DNA of 64,000 nucleotides from Malacoraja senta. Taxonomy: Eukaryota. Location: the NCBI GenBank assembly GCA_038087875.1, contig CM075988.1:12214001-12278000 (forward strand). Direction: 5' to 3'. Shown in pieces: positions 61,492-64,000 of this stretch. Each line of letters starts with the position of its first letter. Positions within the stretch are counted from its first letter, which is position 1. The notes beneath the pieces are model-generated. The model made no database searches. It was not told the origin of the DNA and was given only the letters and a program-made list of their open reading frames with translations. A program made the translations under genes and the position numbers.

Positions 61492-62608
61492 TAAGGATGT
61501 GGAAATGATGCTAGACATGTCCTTGCTCCATTTTGAAGTAACACCATGCGCATTTATGCTCAAAGATTTATTTTGGGTCTGATTTACTTTTCTTTCCCGA
61601 CAAGCAGGAAAGACCAAAACATTTGAATTAAGTTACTTCAGTTCAACAGTATTCAGTTCTAATTAAGTACAATATCAAATGAAAAGGATAATAACAAGTA
61701 CAAGTTGATTACATTGAAAATGTTTGAAACGGCAACAAAAATATGAAGAATGAAGCAGTTGCTAATTATTTTGCAACACTATGAAGCACAAATATAAAAT
61801 TTACCTGAACAAGTGAGTTCAGGAAGGCTGATATTTGCCTTTGAAAACATGATGCAAAATAAAGAATGTATTGTTTTTCTTTGACCACATGGAAGGAAAT
61901 TGTTGTGTGCAAAAGGGTGGAGAGCCCACCTGCATGTAGAGGTTGAGAGAATTATTTACTGTTATCCATTCCATGCAGACCTTGAATTGGAAATTCATTC
62001 ACGCTGTGTGAAGTGCATTAAAGCAGTGTTGTATCTGCCTGCTCTGTGTGAATCATGCTGAACAGCGAGATGCTGTGGGTGGTAACACAATTTATGCACA
62101 GGTTATGCACAAGAACTCCATTCAGAATTGGCAGGTTAGATAGACTGTAGATTGCTCTGAGTGAGTATAGAGAGAGTGGTTGGAGGATCAAACCTGGACT
62201 TAAGAGGTTTGGAAGCATCAGTACAATGGGGAATTGGAAGGGTGAGGGTGTGGGAGTTATAGCATTAGATATTTCAAATTTAAACATCTAAATTTAAACA
62301 TCTAAAATAAGTCGGAGTTCATGAGCTAGTGTGTGAGAGGGACACACCGTAACTCGAATGAGGAAAGAGCAAAGATGTCACATCCATACACACAACAAGC
62401 CATTGTTGCTTCTGAAGCTGGCCTCTGCTCCCCAGTGAGGTCTGTCTTCTGCGTGATTGTCCTGTGTCATTCACGGCCATCCATTAGCAAATGTTTATTA
62501 CATCAGCAATGCCAAAATAAGTGCCGCACTCCATTAGATAGGTAGTCCCCGTGCGCATGTATAGGTGAATGAATCTACTGGATGAACGCAACAAAAGATT
62601 GAGTTTAA

Positions 62609-62715
62609 GAAGATAGACACAAAATGCTGGCGCAACTCAGCGGGACAGGCAGCACCTCTGGAGAGAAGGAATGGGTGACGTTTCGGGTTGAGACCCTTCT
62701 TCAGACTGATGTCAG
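62609..62715 (-). mobile_element. Penelope pLTR insertion with 12-bp TSD
   Basis: GATTGAGTTTAA (62597-62608) / GATTAAGTTTAA (62716-62727). Confidence 0.8.
62673..62708 (-). ncRNA. Minimal hammerhead ribozyme motif (PLE type)
   Basis: Minus strand reads CAGU-CUGAAGA-A-GGGU(CUCA)ACCC-GAAAC-GUC-ACCC: intact core, palindromic ACGU helix III, GUC cleavage triplet. Confidence 0.62.
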
Positions 62716-62837
62716 GATTAAGTTTAATGATCTGTTTTTTTTAAATCAACTGTTTAGTGCACAGAATAGCATTGTATTGCTCTTTGCAACATAATGCCTA
62801 GCCCTTTGATCACCGACCTGTGTGTGCCACATGTTAA

Positions 62838-63120
62838 ACAGTGGTGCGGCGGTAGAGTTGTTCCCTTACAGCACCACAGAGCCTGGTTCGATCCCGACTT
62901 TGGGTGTTGTCTATACGTTCTTCCTGTGATGACGGGGGGTTTCTCCGGGTGCTCCAGTTTCCTCCCACTCGCCAAACACCTGCAGGTGTGCAGGCTAATT
63001 TGCTTCTGCAAATTATCCCTCATGTGCAAGATGAAACTAGTGTACGGATGATCCTTGGTCGGTGTGGACTCTGTGGGCCGAAGGGCCTGTTTCCACGCTG
63101 CATCCCTAAATTAAACTTAA
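62838..63120 (+). mobile_element. HE1-like V-SINE
   Basis: TGGTGCGGCGGTAGA, GGTTCGATCC, CTCCGGGTGCTCCAGTTTCCTCCCAC, GGGCCGAAGGGCCTGTTTCC. Confidence 0.87.
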
Positions 63121-63256
63121 CTAATCGACTTTAAAGATACCTTCACATTTTCCTTACAACATTGAAGGATGAAATTCAGCCAATTGAATCTCTGACAATT
63201 CTCAGAGCAATCAAATTCCACCACTAATTTTCCTCGTAACCCATTCGTAATACACG

Positions 63257-63673
63257 TTGGAATTCAGAAGACTGAGGGGGGATCTCATAGAAACTTTCAA
63301 AATTCTTAAGGGGTTGGACAGGCTAGATGCAGGAAGATTATTCCCGATGTTGGGGAAGTCCAGAACTAGGGGTCACAGTTTAAGGATAAGAGGGAAGACT
63401 TTTAGGACCGAGATGAGGAAATCATTTTTTACACAGATAGTGGTGAATCTGTGGAATTCTCTGCCACAGAAGGTAGTTGAGGCCAGTTCATTGGCTATAT
63501 TTAAGAGGGAGTTAGACGTGGCCCTTGTGGCTAAAGGGATCAGGGGGTATGGAGAGAAGGCAGGGATGGGATACTGAGTTGGATGATCAGCCTTGATCAT
63601 ATCAAATGGCGGTGCAGGCTCGAAGGGCCGAATGGCCTACTCCTGCACCTATTTTCTATGTTTCTATGTTTCT
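63257..63673 (+). mobile_element. Young CR1/HER1-type LINE 3' end
   Basis: Uninterrupted ORF EFRRLRGDLIETFKILKG...RTRGHSL...LWNSLPQ...GIRGYG*; (TTTCTATG)n tail. Confidence 0.93.
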
Positions 63674-63915
63674 ATTATCTCACATTTCCATTATTTCCTC
63701 CCGGATTCCAGAACTCACAGACACACTGGGCAGAGTTTATCTGCAACCTACAAGTCTCTGTTGTGTGGGAGTAAACGAGAACACCCAGAAGAAAGTGACG
63801 TGGCACCAGGAGAACGTAAAAACTCCACTCAGACAAAAGTGGTCAGGATTGAACCCAGGTCGCTGGATCTGTGAGGCTGTAGCTCTACCTCTCGCCAAAT
63901 TTCTCATGAATATAT

Positions 63916-64000
63916 GTGTAGGAAGGGACTGCAGATGCTGGTTTCAACCGAAGATAGACACAAAAAGTTGGAGTCTCTCAGCGGGTCAGACATCATCTCT
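63916..64000 (-). mobile_element. Penelope pLTR fragment (runs off the window)
   Basis: GTGTAGGAAGGGACTGCAGATGCTGG...GATAGACACAAAAAG. Confidence 0.75.

Overview
Eukaryotic, repeat-dense non-coding DNA (intronic or intergenic). The repeat families point to a cartilaginous fish, probably a skate or ray; this is an inference. No host protein-coding exon, rRNA, true tRNA or CRISPR array could be supported, and nearly all listed ORFs are transposon remnants or chance ORFs. The window holds many 5'-truncated CR1/HER1-type LINE tails, tRNA-derived HE1-like V-SINEs, Rex1/Babar LINE fragments, and L1/Tx1 3' ends. It also has a near full-length Tc1 (IR/DR) transposon with a dead DD34E transposase, four PIF/Harbinger MITEs with TWA-type target duplications, a probable hAT MITE, and a complete 1.66-kb non-autonomous Helitron. 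About 20 Penelope-like (PLE) pieces are present. Most interesting: (1) PLE termini carry a minimal hammerhead-ribozyme core and recur as short units, often fold-back, with 11-16 bp target duplications; (2) a GC-rich ~0.8-1 kb non-coding retroposon family keeps RNA hairpins with compensatory changes but has different LINE-type 3' tails (L2-like vs Rex1-like); (3) the Helitron is a diverged dimer, each half with a GC-box/TATA/ETS-like module and its own minisatellite. Family names come from my recall of consensus motifs, not from database searches, and boundaries of old elements are approximate.
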